Of a DNA stretch of 44,923 nucleotides, positions 18,401-27,072 are shown piece by piece. This DNA is from Patescibacteria group bacterium (GTDB taxonomy: Bacteria; Patescibacteriota; Minisyncoccia; Phycocordibacterales; Phycocordibacteraceae): positions 1 to 44,923 of the forward strand of contig SCVI01000037.1 in assembly GCA_004296925.1 (NCBI GenBank), read 5' to 3'. A model generated the notes under the pieces. The model was not told where the DNA came from and did no database searches. It saw only the letters and a list, made by a program, of their open reading frames with translations. Every line of letters begins with the position of its first letter. Position 1 is the first letter of the stretch. Both the position numbers and the translations under genes were made by a program.

Positions 18401-18579
18401 TGGCCTTTGTTACCGTTGCAGATAAAGACGGCTCAATTGAGTCGGTAGCCTTCCCTGAGGCCTATAAACTGGCAAAAGATATACTGATTCCAGGTCAATG
18501 TGTCATTCTAAAGGGCAAGCTCTCCAAGAGAAACGGGACACCCTCAATACTCATAGATAAAGTGAAAGCTCTTGGATAG
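15490..18579 (+). CDS. dnaE: DNA polymerase III alpha subunit
   Basis: HSHYSLLDG, RGSAAGSLV, FERFLNPER, PDIDMDF, HAAG, LLKFDFLGL, YGFNKGH, EKELLGIYVSGHP; start placed at the second ATG (TATAAT 7 nt upstream). Confidence 0.97.
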   Translation: MSSQFSHLSAHSHYSLLDGIVQIEALVKQAMFYGMPAVALTDRNHLYGAIDFYKECAKSGIKPIIGVDADVSIDEVNTRLVFLAENNEGYRNLLKLVSHAQIDTPPRGEERGLIRNLHIEKYHEGVIVLIPDTALTLQNAGKLSKTLRSVFGNDNVFARLGWNGGREQQIRIKGIATALQLPLAASDDTYYLKPEDREIRNIVRKIATPGVAPQEEDYAFISRDTAFDRYRDFPDALQNASDIVDRVSVTLELGSWVFPKFSIPEGATYESELDAAILRGIKDRGIEHTEEVKRRIAYEMSIINEKGFAPYFLTVSDLLGYARENGILTTTRGSAAGSLVSYLTGITNVDPMLYQLPFERFLNPERPSAPDIDMDFADTRRDEMIRYAREKYGESTVAQIGTFGTMMARAAVRDIARAMGYPYGVGDRIAKMIPLGSQGFPMTIERALEIEEDLKKLYQSDEDAEIIINAARKVEGNARHISIHAAGIVIAPSAASDYVPVQYDPSGTAIITEYDMHAVEDAGLLKFDFLGLKNLSILGDSIQRVQKRKGESIDIENIPLDDTKVFEMLARGETEGVFQLGGAGMTHYLKDLQPSSIHDINAMVALYRPGPMISIPEYIRRKHNPQLVTYLDPRMKEILERSYGIITYQDDVLLIAIHLAGYTWLEADQLRKAMGKKIPIEMEAQKEKFIAGCIAKDAMKKEKAEELWKLIEPFAAYGFNKGHAASYGKVAYQTAYMKAHHPEDYMASLLSADSGDTDKISEHVAECERIGIRILPPDVNESFESFTVIAQGMIRFGLSTIKNFGEGAAEAVIEERNKKGKFVSIGDFLSRVSAQYINKRALESLIRSGVFDSFSDRGALVANLERLIEFSKDLSKESDGQNSLFGISKLPKDITLEPAPPLPAMEMLKSEKELLGIYVSGHPIDQFKNELKDYPRSVKNALAEERNGYPLTVGGVVEEVKTILTKKGDKMAFVTVADKDGSIESVAFPEAYKLAKDILIPGQCVILKGKLSKRNGTPSILIDKVKALG

Positions 18580-18596
18580 AGTGGTAGAATCAAAAA

Positions 18597-20342
18597 ATGT
18601 CTGAAAACGAACTACTAGAACATAAGCGACACACTCTAGCCCATCTTCTTGCGGCGGCAGTTATGAAGTTGTGGCCAGACACTAAGCGAACTATCGGTCC
18701 CGCAATTGACAATGGTTTTTATTTTGACTTTGAATTTACGCATCCACTCTCTGAGAAAGATTTTGGAAAAATTGAAAAAGAAATGCGAAAACTCTTGCCG
18801 ACGTGGACTTCGTTTGAGCGAAGTGAGCTAACTTCTGATGAAGCTAAAAAAGAGTATCCAAATAACCAATACAAACACGAACTCATTGACGAATTTACTG
18901 CTGACGGCTCAAAGGTAAGTTTCTACAAATCAGGAGAATATTCGGACCTTTGCCGTGGTGGACACGTAGAAAATCCTAAAGAAGAAATTGCGTCAGATTC
19001 CTTTAAGCTAGACAGGATCGCAGGAGCTTACTGGAGGGGCGACGAGAAAAACCCAATGCTGACTCGCATTTATGCACTCGCTTTCGATACAAAAGAAGAA
19101 TTGGATCAGTATATTGCAATGCAGGAAGAAGCGCTCAAACGTGATCATAGAAAACTTGGAAAGGAACTTGATCTCTTCACATTCTCAGATCTTGTAGGTT
19201 CTGGACTTCCCTTGTTTACACCCAAAGGAACCGTGCTTCGCGAAGAAATACACACATTCTCACAAGCATTGAGAACTTCGAGAGGATTCCAAAAAGTATG
19301 GATCCCCCACATAACGAAAACCGATCTATATAAACGTTCGGGACATTGGGACAAATTCGGAGATGAATTATTTCTCGTCAAAAGCCAAGAGACGACTGAC
19401 GAGTTTGTATTGAAACCAATGAACTGTCCACATCATACTCAAATATACGCAGGCAAAAATCGCAGCTATCGCGACCTCCCTCTTCGTTTTCTTGAAACTA
19501 CTGCAGTGTATCGTGATGAAAAAAAAGGAGAGCTTTCAGGACTTTCTCGAGTACGATCCATAACGCAGGACGATAGCCATGTGTTTTGTCGACCAGACCA
19601 GATTGAAGTGGAGTATCAAGCAATCATGAATATGGTTGTGGAATTCTATAAAGTTGTGGATATGAAATTCCGAGCTCGCCTTTCTTTCCGCGATTCACAA
19701 ACTCCTGAAAAATATTTTGGAGAGGAATCGCTCTGGGATATGGCTCAAGAAAAACTTGAAACTATCGCAAAAAGTGGCGGATTCGAATATTTTATTGCTA
19801 AAGGTGAAGCCGCATTCTACGGACCAAAAATTGATTTCATGGCAACAGACGCACTTGGACGTGAACACCAACTTGCAACAGCACAGTTAGATTTCGTTCA
19901 GCCTGCGCGTTTTGAACTTACATATACCGATAGTGATGGAACAGAAAAAACTCCCGTCATGATTCACCTTGCTATTGCAGGTTCACTTGAACGATTTCTG
20001 TCGGTGTATATAGAGCATACTGCTGGCGCCTTCCCGCTTTGGGTTGCACCAGTTCAAGTAAAAATACTTCCTGTTTCAGAAAAGCATAATGAATATGGAG
20101 CTTCTGTTTTTGCTACGCTCAAAAATGCTGGTATTCGTGTTGAGATTGATGATGCGAACGAATCCCTCGGAAAGAAAATCAGAAATGCCAAAAAAGAAAA
20201 AATTCCTTACCTCTTTGTAATTGGAGATAAGGAAGTAGAAGCTGGAACTGTATCGGTAGAAAACAGAGATGGTTCAGAAGGAGCGCAGGAACTTTCAGTA
20301 ATTGTAAAATCTCTGCAAGAAAAAATTATTGCCCGTTCCTAA
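18597..20342 (+). CDS. thrS: Threonyl-tRNA synthetase lacking the N-terminal TGS domain
   Basis: RHTLAHLLA, DLCRGGH, GAYWRGD, RDHRKLG, LKPMNCPHH, QDDSH, AFYGPKID, GSLERF. Confidence 0.97.
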   Translation: MSENELLEHKRHTLAHLLAAAVMKLWPDTKRTIGPAIDNGFYFDFEFTHPLSEKDFGKIEKEMRKLLPTWTSFERSELTSDEAKKEYPNNQYKHELIDEFTADGSKVSFYKSGEYSDLCRGGHVENPKEEIASDSFKLDRIAGAYWRGDEKNPMLTRIYALAFDTKEELDQYIAMQEEALKRDHRKLGKELDLFTFSDLVGSGLPLFTPKGTVLREEIHTFSQALRTSRGFQKVWIPHITKTDLYKRSGHWDKFGDELFLVKSQETTDEFVLKPMNCPHHTQIYAGKNRSYRDLPLRFLETTAVYRDEKKGELSGLSRVRSITQDDSHVFCRPDQIEVEYQAIMNMVVEFYKVVDMKFRARLSFRDSQTPEKYFGEESLWDMAQEKLETIAKSGGFEYFIAKGEAAFYGPKIDFMATDALGREHQLATAQLDFVQPARFELTYTDSDGTEKTPVMIHLAIAGSLERFLSVYIEHTAGAFPLWVAPVQVKILPVSEKHNEYGASVFATLKNAGIRVEIDDANESLGKKIRNAKKEKIPYLFVIGDKEVEAGTVSVENRDGSEGAQELSVIVKSLQEKIIARS

Positions 20343-20547
20343 TCTTTGCTAGGAGAATATCGCCCTCATTTTTAATCTCTTCCCTGTCTTCAATTCTTAA
20401 ATTTGGACTATTAATGAGTCGGCCTGCTGCGTTAATTCTCTCAACAATGTCGGGTGAGCTTGGGTTTTCTATAATACCCAAAAAAGCACGTCTTACTCTT
20501 TCAAGAAAAGTAGGATAATCTTCTTCAAGTAGTGATTCTTTACTCAT
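20326..20547 (-). CDS. Small hypothetical protein (73 aa)
   Basis: ATG preceded by GGAGG 4 nt upstream; convergent with and overlapping the thrS end. Confidence 0.5.
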   Translation of the reverse strand: MSKESLLEEDYPTFLERVRRAFLGIIENPSSPDIVERINAAGRLINSPNLRIEDREEIKNEGDILLAKIRNGQ

Positions 20548-20699
20548 ACAACCTCCGGCACGTCTTGATGCTTTAAAACAATTTCAGTATTTTTGAATAA
20601 TAGCGACACTGCGGAATAACTGCAAATATAGACAATGACACCAAATCACTCTCAATACAGTTCGCGTAACTCTCAAAAACACCAACGATACAGTGCACA

Positions 20700-20745
20700 C
20701 ACGGTCTAGTATAATTATGCTATAGCATAATTATACTAGACCGTG
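20700..20745. repeat. Perfect 46-bp palindrome with no spacer
   Basis: CACGGTCTAGTATAATTATGCTA|TAGCATAATTATACTAGACCGTG. Confidence 0.95.
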
Positions 20746-20791
20746 AAGAAGTATAGTTTATTGAACGCGGCGTTATACAGACACTAGCTAA

Positions 20792-23700
20792 TCAGCCAAC
20801 TACTTCAAATGCTTGAGCAAGAGCGAGCTTTACACCAGTAAATGGTGAGCTATAGACAGCGTCGAGCGAATGAGTGAACACTGTTACCAATCGAGCGAGC
20901 TCGTCGTCAGTTATCTTCTTTGCCGCTTCGGCAAGCTCTAGGTCTGACGGTGTTTTATTATCATGACGTGCTCTGTAAAGAGTATCCAAGACGGTTGCGG
21001 TTGAGGTCATTAATGATGTTGGACGAACGCCATCATGTTCAAGTGAGCGTATTATGCTGAACGCAGATGTTCTGTCGCCCTTAAGTACCGCCTTAGCAAA
21101 CGCGCTTGCTACGGTATCGTCTATCGTAAATTCTTTTACTTGTGGCAATACCTCTGAAATTGAGATTGTATCTTCTTTAGAAGAAGTTACTTTCTTAGGA
21201 TTCTTGTCTACAAGTTGACTAAAGCGCTCTGCAGTAAGCATGATCCAACCGTTTTCACGAGGAATAGTTCTTACCGCTTCGTTCAAAATTTCTCCAAAGA
21301 ATAAGAGGGTCTCTGCTCTGTCTGACGAATATTCAGACGCGAGCAATACAGATTCAGGAGACATTAATACTCCTGATGCGTGAGCACGAGATTCAATTAC
21401 ATCAGCAATCGCTGGAATACCGTCGACAGCTTTCACAGCAGCTACTGAAATATCTGCTTGTCTTGCAATCGGCTCAGTTTTTATAGCCAAAGGAGCTGGA
21501 GTAATAGTAAGTGGTGTAAGAGTTTCGGTTTCGTATCGAGGAGCAACACTTGCATCATTTTGCGAGAAATCATCTCCATGCGACACAGTAGATGGATACG
21601 ATGTACCGTACATGTGTTCGCGTGTTCTTGAGTGATTACCTGAATTGTTATTATTTGCTACAGGGAGGTTGTTGAAACGCGAATATAGATATCGTATTCC
21701 TCCTCTGCCAGCTATAGCGTACGCAATAATTGCAGCAAAAAGTCCTATAGCGAGCCAGAACAAGACCGTAAGAACAGGGCCAGCAGCAAAACCAGTGTAA
21801 GGAATTTGTGCTAACGAGACGAACGCCAATGGTTGGTTGATAGGTTGTTTGTAGAGCACTACATTTGGTGGATTGTATCCCCCACCACAATTACTCGTAC
21901 ATCCAGCAGTACCTACAGTAACCGTTGCAGAACAATTCACCGTCCCCGAAGGACCTGTAAATGTTCCAGTAAACGTAGTGTCTGATGAAGGGAATACTTC
22001 AGCGGATCCAGACGATACTGGTGAAACAGCGCCAACTCCACCAGTAATTGTTCCTGATGTTGCGTTTACTGATGTCCACGACACATTAATACTTTGTCCT
22101 GATGTGATTGATGTTCTTGAAAGCGAGATGGTACATGCAGGTCCTGATGGTGGTACGACTGTAACTATTGTTTGGCATGTTGCAGTATCACCGAAAGAAT
22201 TGGTAACCGTCATCGTGTAAGTGCGTGTACTTGGAACAGATACCGCAGTAGATCCTGATGCAATTGGAGTAATGGCACCAACAGAATGATTGATGGTCGC
22301 AGAAACAGCGTTTGTGGTTGTCCAAGAAAGCGCTGATGCATCTCCAGCTAACACCGATGAAGGATTTGCTGAAAGTACGCATGAAGGAGTTGGGTTTGGA
22401 GTCACCGTAACTGTAGAACCACACAATACGCTACCTCCCGGACCTGTTGCAGTCAGACTGTAGGTATGAGTTCCTACACCCAAGTGTGGTGAAAAATTAT
22501 ATGAACCAGAAAGTGCGAGTGGTGTTGGAATTGCCGGCGACGCAGTAGTAGGTGTGATAGTTATAGAAGTCGCATTGGTGGTAGTCCACGAAATTGAAGA
22601 TTTAGAAAGATCGAGTGAACACACTGGCACAGAGCTTGTGGTTACAGTTATAGTTTTCTCACATGTGACGGTCCCACCTGCGCCGGTGGCGGTGAGTGTA
22701 TATGTTTTAGTAACAGAAGGCGCCACAATAATTGCACCGTTCGCAACCGAAACTGTCCCAACTCCCTGATTTATTGAAATCGTACTAGCATTTGTTGTAG
22801 TCCATGCCAATGTGGATGAACCTCCAGGAGAGATAGTTGAAGGTGTTGCGGTTAACGTACAGCTTGGAGCAGATGGTAGTGGATCAACGTGAATTGTTCC
22901 CTGACAAATAACAGAACCGCCAGCGCCTGTTGCAGTAAGAGTATAGGAATGAGTACCAACACTGAGAACTGGGCTAAACGCGTAACTACCATTCAAACCT
23001 GGAGACGGAACTGTTGGTGAACCCGTGGTTGAAACAATGGTAACTGAAGAAGTGTTTGTAGTAGCCCATGAAATGTTCGTTGCAGAAAAATCAAGGGTAC
23101 ACACTGGCACTGGTGGTGGTGTGACAGTTATACCTTGCGCACAAGTTACGGTGCCGCCAGGACCTGTTGCTGTAAGTGTGTACACTTTCGAACTAGTAGG
23201 AGAAACAGATGTTGAACCGTTTGCGGTTACTCCACCAATGCCTTGGTTAATACTTACCGATGAAGTGTTTGTGGTCGTCCAAGAAAGTGTTGAAGAACCT
23301 CCAGTGGTAATCGCAGTTGGATTAGCTGAGAGCGTACATGTTGGAGCAGGTTGCGGTGTAATTGTTACCGTAACAGCACAAAGCACGCTACCACCAGGAC
23401 CTGTTGCAGTAAGGTTATAGGAATGAGTTCCTGAACCGAGCTGAGGCACGAAATTATATGAACCTGAAAGCGCTTGAGGAGAAGGGATAGCTGGTGAACC
23501 TGTTGGAGAAATAATCGTAACTGACGTTGCGTTTACAGTACTCCAAATCAATGTGTCTTTAGAAAGATCTGCGGAACACACTGGTGTTGGTGGTGGAGTA
23601 ACAACAACTGTTTTCTGACAAACAACACCGCCGTATGCTCCATTTCCAGTAAGTTTATATGTAGTAGTTACTGAAGGTGACACCACCTTGGTACCTATAG

Positions 23701-24076
23701 TTGGAACACTACCAATACCATTATCGATAGATGCGCTAGAAACAAATGCCATACTCCAACTCAGCGTTACCGATTCACCTTGATTGATAGTGCTGCCAGG
23801 TAGAGCCTCTAGAGTACATGAAGGAGTTGGGTCGTAACCGCCGCCACCGCCGCCACCGTCAAGATTTGGGTGGTACAGATCATTATTGAAACCACCGCCA
23901 CCAAACCAAATTGTGACATTGCCACAACCACCGCAACTAGCAGATGCATCCGCAGAAATAGAGGAGTCGTTAAATGAGACCGATGCGACGTCGAGTGTTA
24001 CCCATGCTGCTCCTACAAAAAGAGCGACGAAGGCGATGCTCAAGAATGCTGTTTTTTTAATAGTTTGGAATTTCAT
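20792..24076 (-). CDS. Large surface protein: N-terminal signal/TM, eight Ig/PKD-like repeats, internal IPYTG sorting motif plus TM, cytoplasmic helical domain resembling the DnaX lid/collar
   Basis: Repeats PxC…W…YTLTATGxGGxVxC…VTV; IPYTG at aa 758-762 followed by a hydrophobic helix and GRGGIR; 7 nt downstream of a sortase gene. Confidence 0.85.
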   Translation of the reverse strand: MKFQTIKKTAFLSIAFVALFVGAAWVTLDVASVSFNDSSISADASASCGGCGNVTIWFGGGGFNNDLYHPNLDGGGGGGGYDPTPSCTLEALPGSTINQGESVTLSWSMAFVSSASIDNGIGSVPTIGTKVVSPSVTTTYKLTGNGAYGGVVCQKTVVVTPPPTPVCSADLSKDTLIWSTVNATSVTIISPTGSPAIPSPQALSGSYNFVPQLGSGTHSYNLTATGPGGSVLCAVTVTITPQPAPTCTLSANPTAITTGGSSTLSWTTTNTSSVSINQGIGGVTANGSTSVSPTSSKVYTLTATGPGGTVTCAQGITVTPPPVPVCTLDFSATNISWATTNTSSVTIVSTTGSPTVPSPGLNGSYAFSPVLSVGTHSYTLTATGAGGSVICQGTIHVDPLPSAPSCTLTATPSTISPGGSSTLAWTTTNASTISINQGVGTVSVANGAIIVAPSVTKTYTLTATGAGGTVTCEKTITVTTSSVPVCSLDLSKSSISWTTTNATSITITPTTASPAIPTPLALSGSYNFSPHLGVGTHTYSLTATGPGGSVLCGSTVTVTPNPTPSCVLSANPSSVLAGDASALSWTTTNAVSATINHSVGAITPIASGSTAVSVPSTRTYTMTVTNSFGDTATCQTIVTVVPPSGPACTISLSRTSITSGQSINVSWTSVNATSGTITGGVGAVSPVSSGSAEVFPSSDTTFTGTFTGPSGTVNCSATVTVGTAGCTSNCGGGYNPPNVVLYKQPINQPLAFVSLAQIPYTGFAAGPVLTVLFWLAIGLFAAIIAYAIAGRGGIRYLYSRFNNLPVANNNNSGNHSRTREHMYGTSYPSTVSHGDDFSQNDASVAPRYETETLTPLTITPAPLAIKTEPIARQADISVAAVKAVDGIPAIADVIESRAHASGVLMSPESVLLASEYSSDRAETLLFFGEILNEAVRTIPRENGWIMLTAERFSQLVDKNPKKVTSSKEDTISISEVLPQVKEFTIDDTVASAFAKAVLKGDRTSAFSIIRSLEHDGVRPTSLMTSTATVLDTLYRARHDNKTPSDLELAEAAKKITDDELARLVTVFTHSLDAVYSSPFTGVKLALAQAFEVVG

Positions 24077-24083
24077 AAATATA

Positions 24084-24794
24084 TTATTGGGTCAATGGTT
24101 CTTCGTATAAAAATTCTGCATGCACCACATATCGTTTCGTTTTCTCCTTACCGAATGAATCGCAGGTAACAAGAGTAAGTGTTTGCGCGCCACCACCAAT
24201 TTCAATTGATGCGGTATCAACGTCAACGTAATCAATCGACACTGCGCGGTAATGATAACGGATTGTCTGTGAAGAAACGATGATAGCGTCACCAGGACGA
24301 ACATTTTGTAGACCGTTAAAGGCTTTAAATGCCTGATTGCGAACAACCGGCAAATAACTTTGATGACCAAAAATAAACATCCCTGAATTCTCACCTAAGA
24401 GTGCTGAACCAGGGTAACGAACCGCCCCCTTAAGAAGGGCGGTATCGAGAGATGTAATATCTTTTTGAGTTGGATTATTCACCGAAATATCGATACCAAC
24501 TTTTGGAATAACGATTCGTTGCGGCATATTTGCTACTGATTGAGAAGCAGTGTAGGTGGTCTCTGCTCGTGTGAGAGACGTGTTTGTTGTAGGCTCTGAT
24601 GCAAGTGGCGCTGAAGCGCTTAGTGTAACCGTAGATGCATTTGCCACATTTGTATTTTGAGCTGTAGAAGATTCAGGAACAAAATCAATCACAAAAAGAA
24701 CTACCGCGATGACAAAAAATGTAATCAAAAAAACAACCAAGAATGCCCACGGCTTTGTGCTTACTGCGTGATTTTTGAATTGGTGCTTAAGCAT
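24084..24794 (-). CDS. Sortase (class D/E/F-like)
   Basis: N-terminal TM; RIVIPKVGID, catalytic His (IFGHQS), TLTLVTC, downstream Arg (KRYVV); start probably ATG 24794 because the 24806 ATG overlaps the -10 box. Confidence 0.9.
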   Translation of the reverse strand: MLKHQFKNHAVSTKPWAFLVVFLITFFVIAVVLFVIDFVPESSTAQNTNVANASTVTLSASAPLASEPTTNTSLTRAETTYTASQSVANMPQRIVIPKVGIDISVNNPTQKDITSLDTALLKGAVRYPGSALLGENSGMFIFGHQSYLPVVRNQAFKAFNGLQNVRPGDAIIVSSQTIRYHYRAVSIDYVDVDTASIEIGGGAQTLTLVTCDSFGKEKTKRYVVHAEFLYEEPLTQ

Positions 24795-24804
24795 GATTCT
24801 TTTC

Positions 24805-24833
24805 ATATTACATCACAAAATATCATTTGTCAA
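24805..24833 (-). promoter_or_regulatory. Sigma70-type promoter for the sortase-surface protein operon
   Basis: TTGACA-17 nt-TAATAT. Confidence 0.6.
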
Positions 24834-24839
24834 GTGCCC

Positions 24840-26888
24840 TTATTGTCTTGCTGGAACTGCAGAAGGCAGGTCTTCCCTTCTCACTCTTAACACGTCTGGT
24901 ACACCGTTATTGTTGGTATCAACTAGCACAAGCGGGATAGTTGGATCTTCTGGATTTACAACGTTTCCAGGACCATTAATAAGTTCTTGCCACTGAGCCT
25001 CACTTCTTACCTGTATACTTCTACCGCTTGGAGATTCTATATACGGATGTGAGAAATGTCCCGCTCTGTGACCGCCCGGCGTGTTTTCAATACTCATACA
25101 CCAATACGAAGTTCTGCCTGTCACAGGATCTGTGTAGGTCATAAGTACAAAACGAAGTTCTGGTGGAATATTTCCTTGGTAATTTGGAATAAGAATACTT
25201 TCAGTGCCACGGCGGTCTTCACCTAAAATAAGGTCACGCACTCGTTCTTGTGCCTCTGCCAATGACATACCTCGTTCATCAAAAATCAAGTATGCGTTCG
25301 TTGGTACATCGCACGATCCTCCTCCTGGACGAGGGACACAGATAATTGGTTCGCGTCTAAGATACACCTCTGTAGGTGGACGTGGTGGTGGCACTACCTC
25401 AACAGGTGGCGGCACTACGACTACACTTTCTGCTGGAGGCGGAGTAGGTCGTAAAATAATCTCATCGCCCACCTGCATAAAGTTATTACACTCATCAGCT
25501 CGAAGAATTGTGATGCGATGAAGTACGCCCTCTGAGTCTTCAGCAGTAAAATAAAATCGTTCAGCAGGATACGTCACGATCGCAGTACGAGCTCCTGGAA
25601 CCGAAACGCGAGAAGTATCGAGAAGGAAATCTTTTTCACCAACACCAAGAACGCTTCTGTTACCACCTAACATCCATTCACCGCTCTGACGTGGTCCTAT
25701 TTGGATCATCTCAGGATTTGCTATACCTCTTTGTGCATAAAGTGCAGCAATGAATTCGTCTCTAAACTCTGGTCGCATACCACCCCTGACAGCACCGTCA
25801 GCAGCACTTTGAATGTGCGCATCATCAAATGCTTCAATGCGAGAATTTGCGAATGGCTCGCTGCCGAGTCGAGAAACTACATCCGGTTCGCTTTCGATTT
25901 GAGACGCCGCATTTTCAGCAGTATCGGCTGGCGATACAAAGTATCGTCTTCCTTCTATCTCACCTTGCGTGTTAAATCCACGAGAATTAGATCCTGATGA
26001 ATATTCCGATTCAGAAGGAACAATGAATGTGTGCGTACCATCTGACGTTACAGGTAACTCAGCTGCCATAGCATTCTTAACTCCAAAAAATTCTTCAACA
26101 ATTTTACCTCCTGCACCGTCTATAAGAAACGAGTTCCCAACAGCGTTGCGAATACCTAAATCGTTTACAATCTCAGTTGCAACACTGTGCCCGAGTGTGG
26201 CACCAGCACCAATACCAAGCGCACCACTCACTGCAAGTCGCGCATATCTCCCATTTCGTATTTCTACATAGCGCGATTTAAGAAGATTCCAATTGTTCTT
26301 TTCAAACTCTTGAAGTGATTGTCCTTCCTCGCGTGCTTGTGCTTCGAGTACTTTTGAGTCCGCGATTTTTTGGTCTGCTCCGCGATTATTAAAATACCCA
26401 ATTATTTTTCCAAGTTTTCTTGGAGCCTTTTTTCCAAGTGCGAGTTGGACACCGATACCTACTACAGCACCTACCGCAAATTTAACAGGCCCAACAACAG
26501 CAGCTACGGTTGGCACAGCAACCGCATATTTTTGCGCGTGCTCAACCATACCAAGCTTTCCTGACCATGCACCCAAAAGGCCTTCCTCACTAATCTTAAA
26601 CTCTGCTGCTGCATCCCATCCGGCAGTCTCAAAAAGAAAATTTCTATAATTTTGAAAAGCGTCATCGTAACGAGCACGAGAAGCGTCGATGTTTTCGTTA
26701 GCTGAGCGTAACCCTGACCAACCACGAGGGCGAGCATATTCTACCCGCGCATCCCAAAGAAGTTTTCCAAGCGCTTTTCTTCGAGTGTCACGAATGGAAG
26801 CAGACTTGTCACGAAAATCTTTTTTAGGAAGTGTTTCGTCTGAAGACAATGCTCTTTGTATTGGGTTTTCAGCTAAATTTGTTGCCAT
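24840..26888 (-). CDS. Hypothetical 682-aa membrane-associated protein with Pro-rich linker
   Basis: Long ORF; hydrophobic Gly/Ala/Val segments near aa 120-150 and 215-235; PPPAESVVVVPPPVEVVPPPRPP; C-terminal DTNNNGVPD. Confidence 0.8.
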   Translation of the reverse strand: MATNLAENPIQRALSSDETLPKKDFRDKSASIRDTRRKALGKLLWDARVEYARPRGWSGLRSANENIDASRARYDDAFQNYRNFLFETAGWDAAAEFKISEEGLLGAWSGKLGMVEHAQKYAVAVPTVAAVVGPVKFAVGAVVGIGVQLALGKKAPRKLGKIIGYFNNRGADQKIADSKVLEAQAREEGQSLQEFEKNNWNLLKSRYVEIRNGRYARLAVSGALGIGAGATLGHSVATEIVNDLGIRNAVGNSFLIDGAGGKIVEEFFGVKNAMAAELPVTSDGTHTFIVPSESEYSSGSNSRGFNTQGEIEGRRYFVSPADTAENAASQIESEPDVVSRLGSEPFANSRIEAFDDAHIQSAADGAVRGGMRPEFRDEFIAALYAQRGIANPEMIQIGPRQSGEWMLGGNRSVLGVGEKDFLLDTSRVSVPGARTAIVTYPAERFYFTAEDSEGVLHRITILRADECNNFMQVGDEIILRPTPPPAESVVVVPPPVEVVPPPRPPTEVYLRREPIICVPRPGGGSCDVPTNAYLIFDERGMSLAEAQERVRDLILGEDRRGTESILIPNYQGNIPPELRFVLMTYTDPVTGRTSYWCMSIENTPGGHRAGHFSHPYIESPSGRSIQVRSEAQWQELINGPGNVVNPEDPTIPLVLVDTNNNGVPDVLRVRREDLPSAVPARQ

Positions 26889-26942
26889 AATTATTTTATT
26901 TTCTTGAAAAATGTATCAAAATCCCTGTTCTGAATTATTAAG

Positions 26943-26971
26943 ACAATATCACGGTAAAATGGCTTTGTCAA
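26943..26971 (-). promoter_or_regulatory. Sigma70-type promoter for the 682-aa ORF
   Basis: TTGACA-17 nt-TATTGT with extended TG. Confidence 0.5.
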
Positions 26972-27072
26972 GCCTTACCCAAACGAGTAAACGTGACACG
27001 CTATATAGAGACGTACATGAGCGGAACTATTACAACTTGACAAGCCTAAAGTAATATGATATAGATACCTAT

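Noticed and set aside
21910..23830. Recurrent GGACCTGTTGC-type nucleotide repeats as a possible CRISPR array or DGR template/variable repeat
   Set aside because: They are codons for the repeated TATGPGG peptide; spacing is irregular and domain-sized, and no cas or reverse transcriptase gene is present
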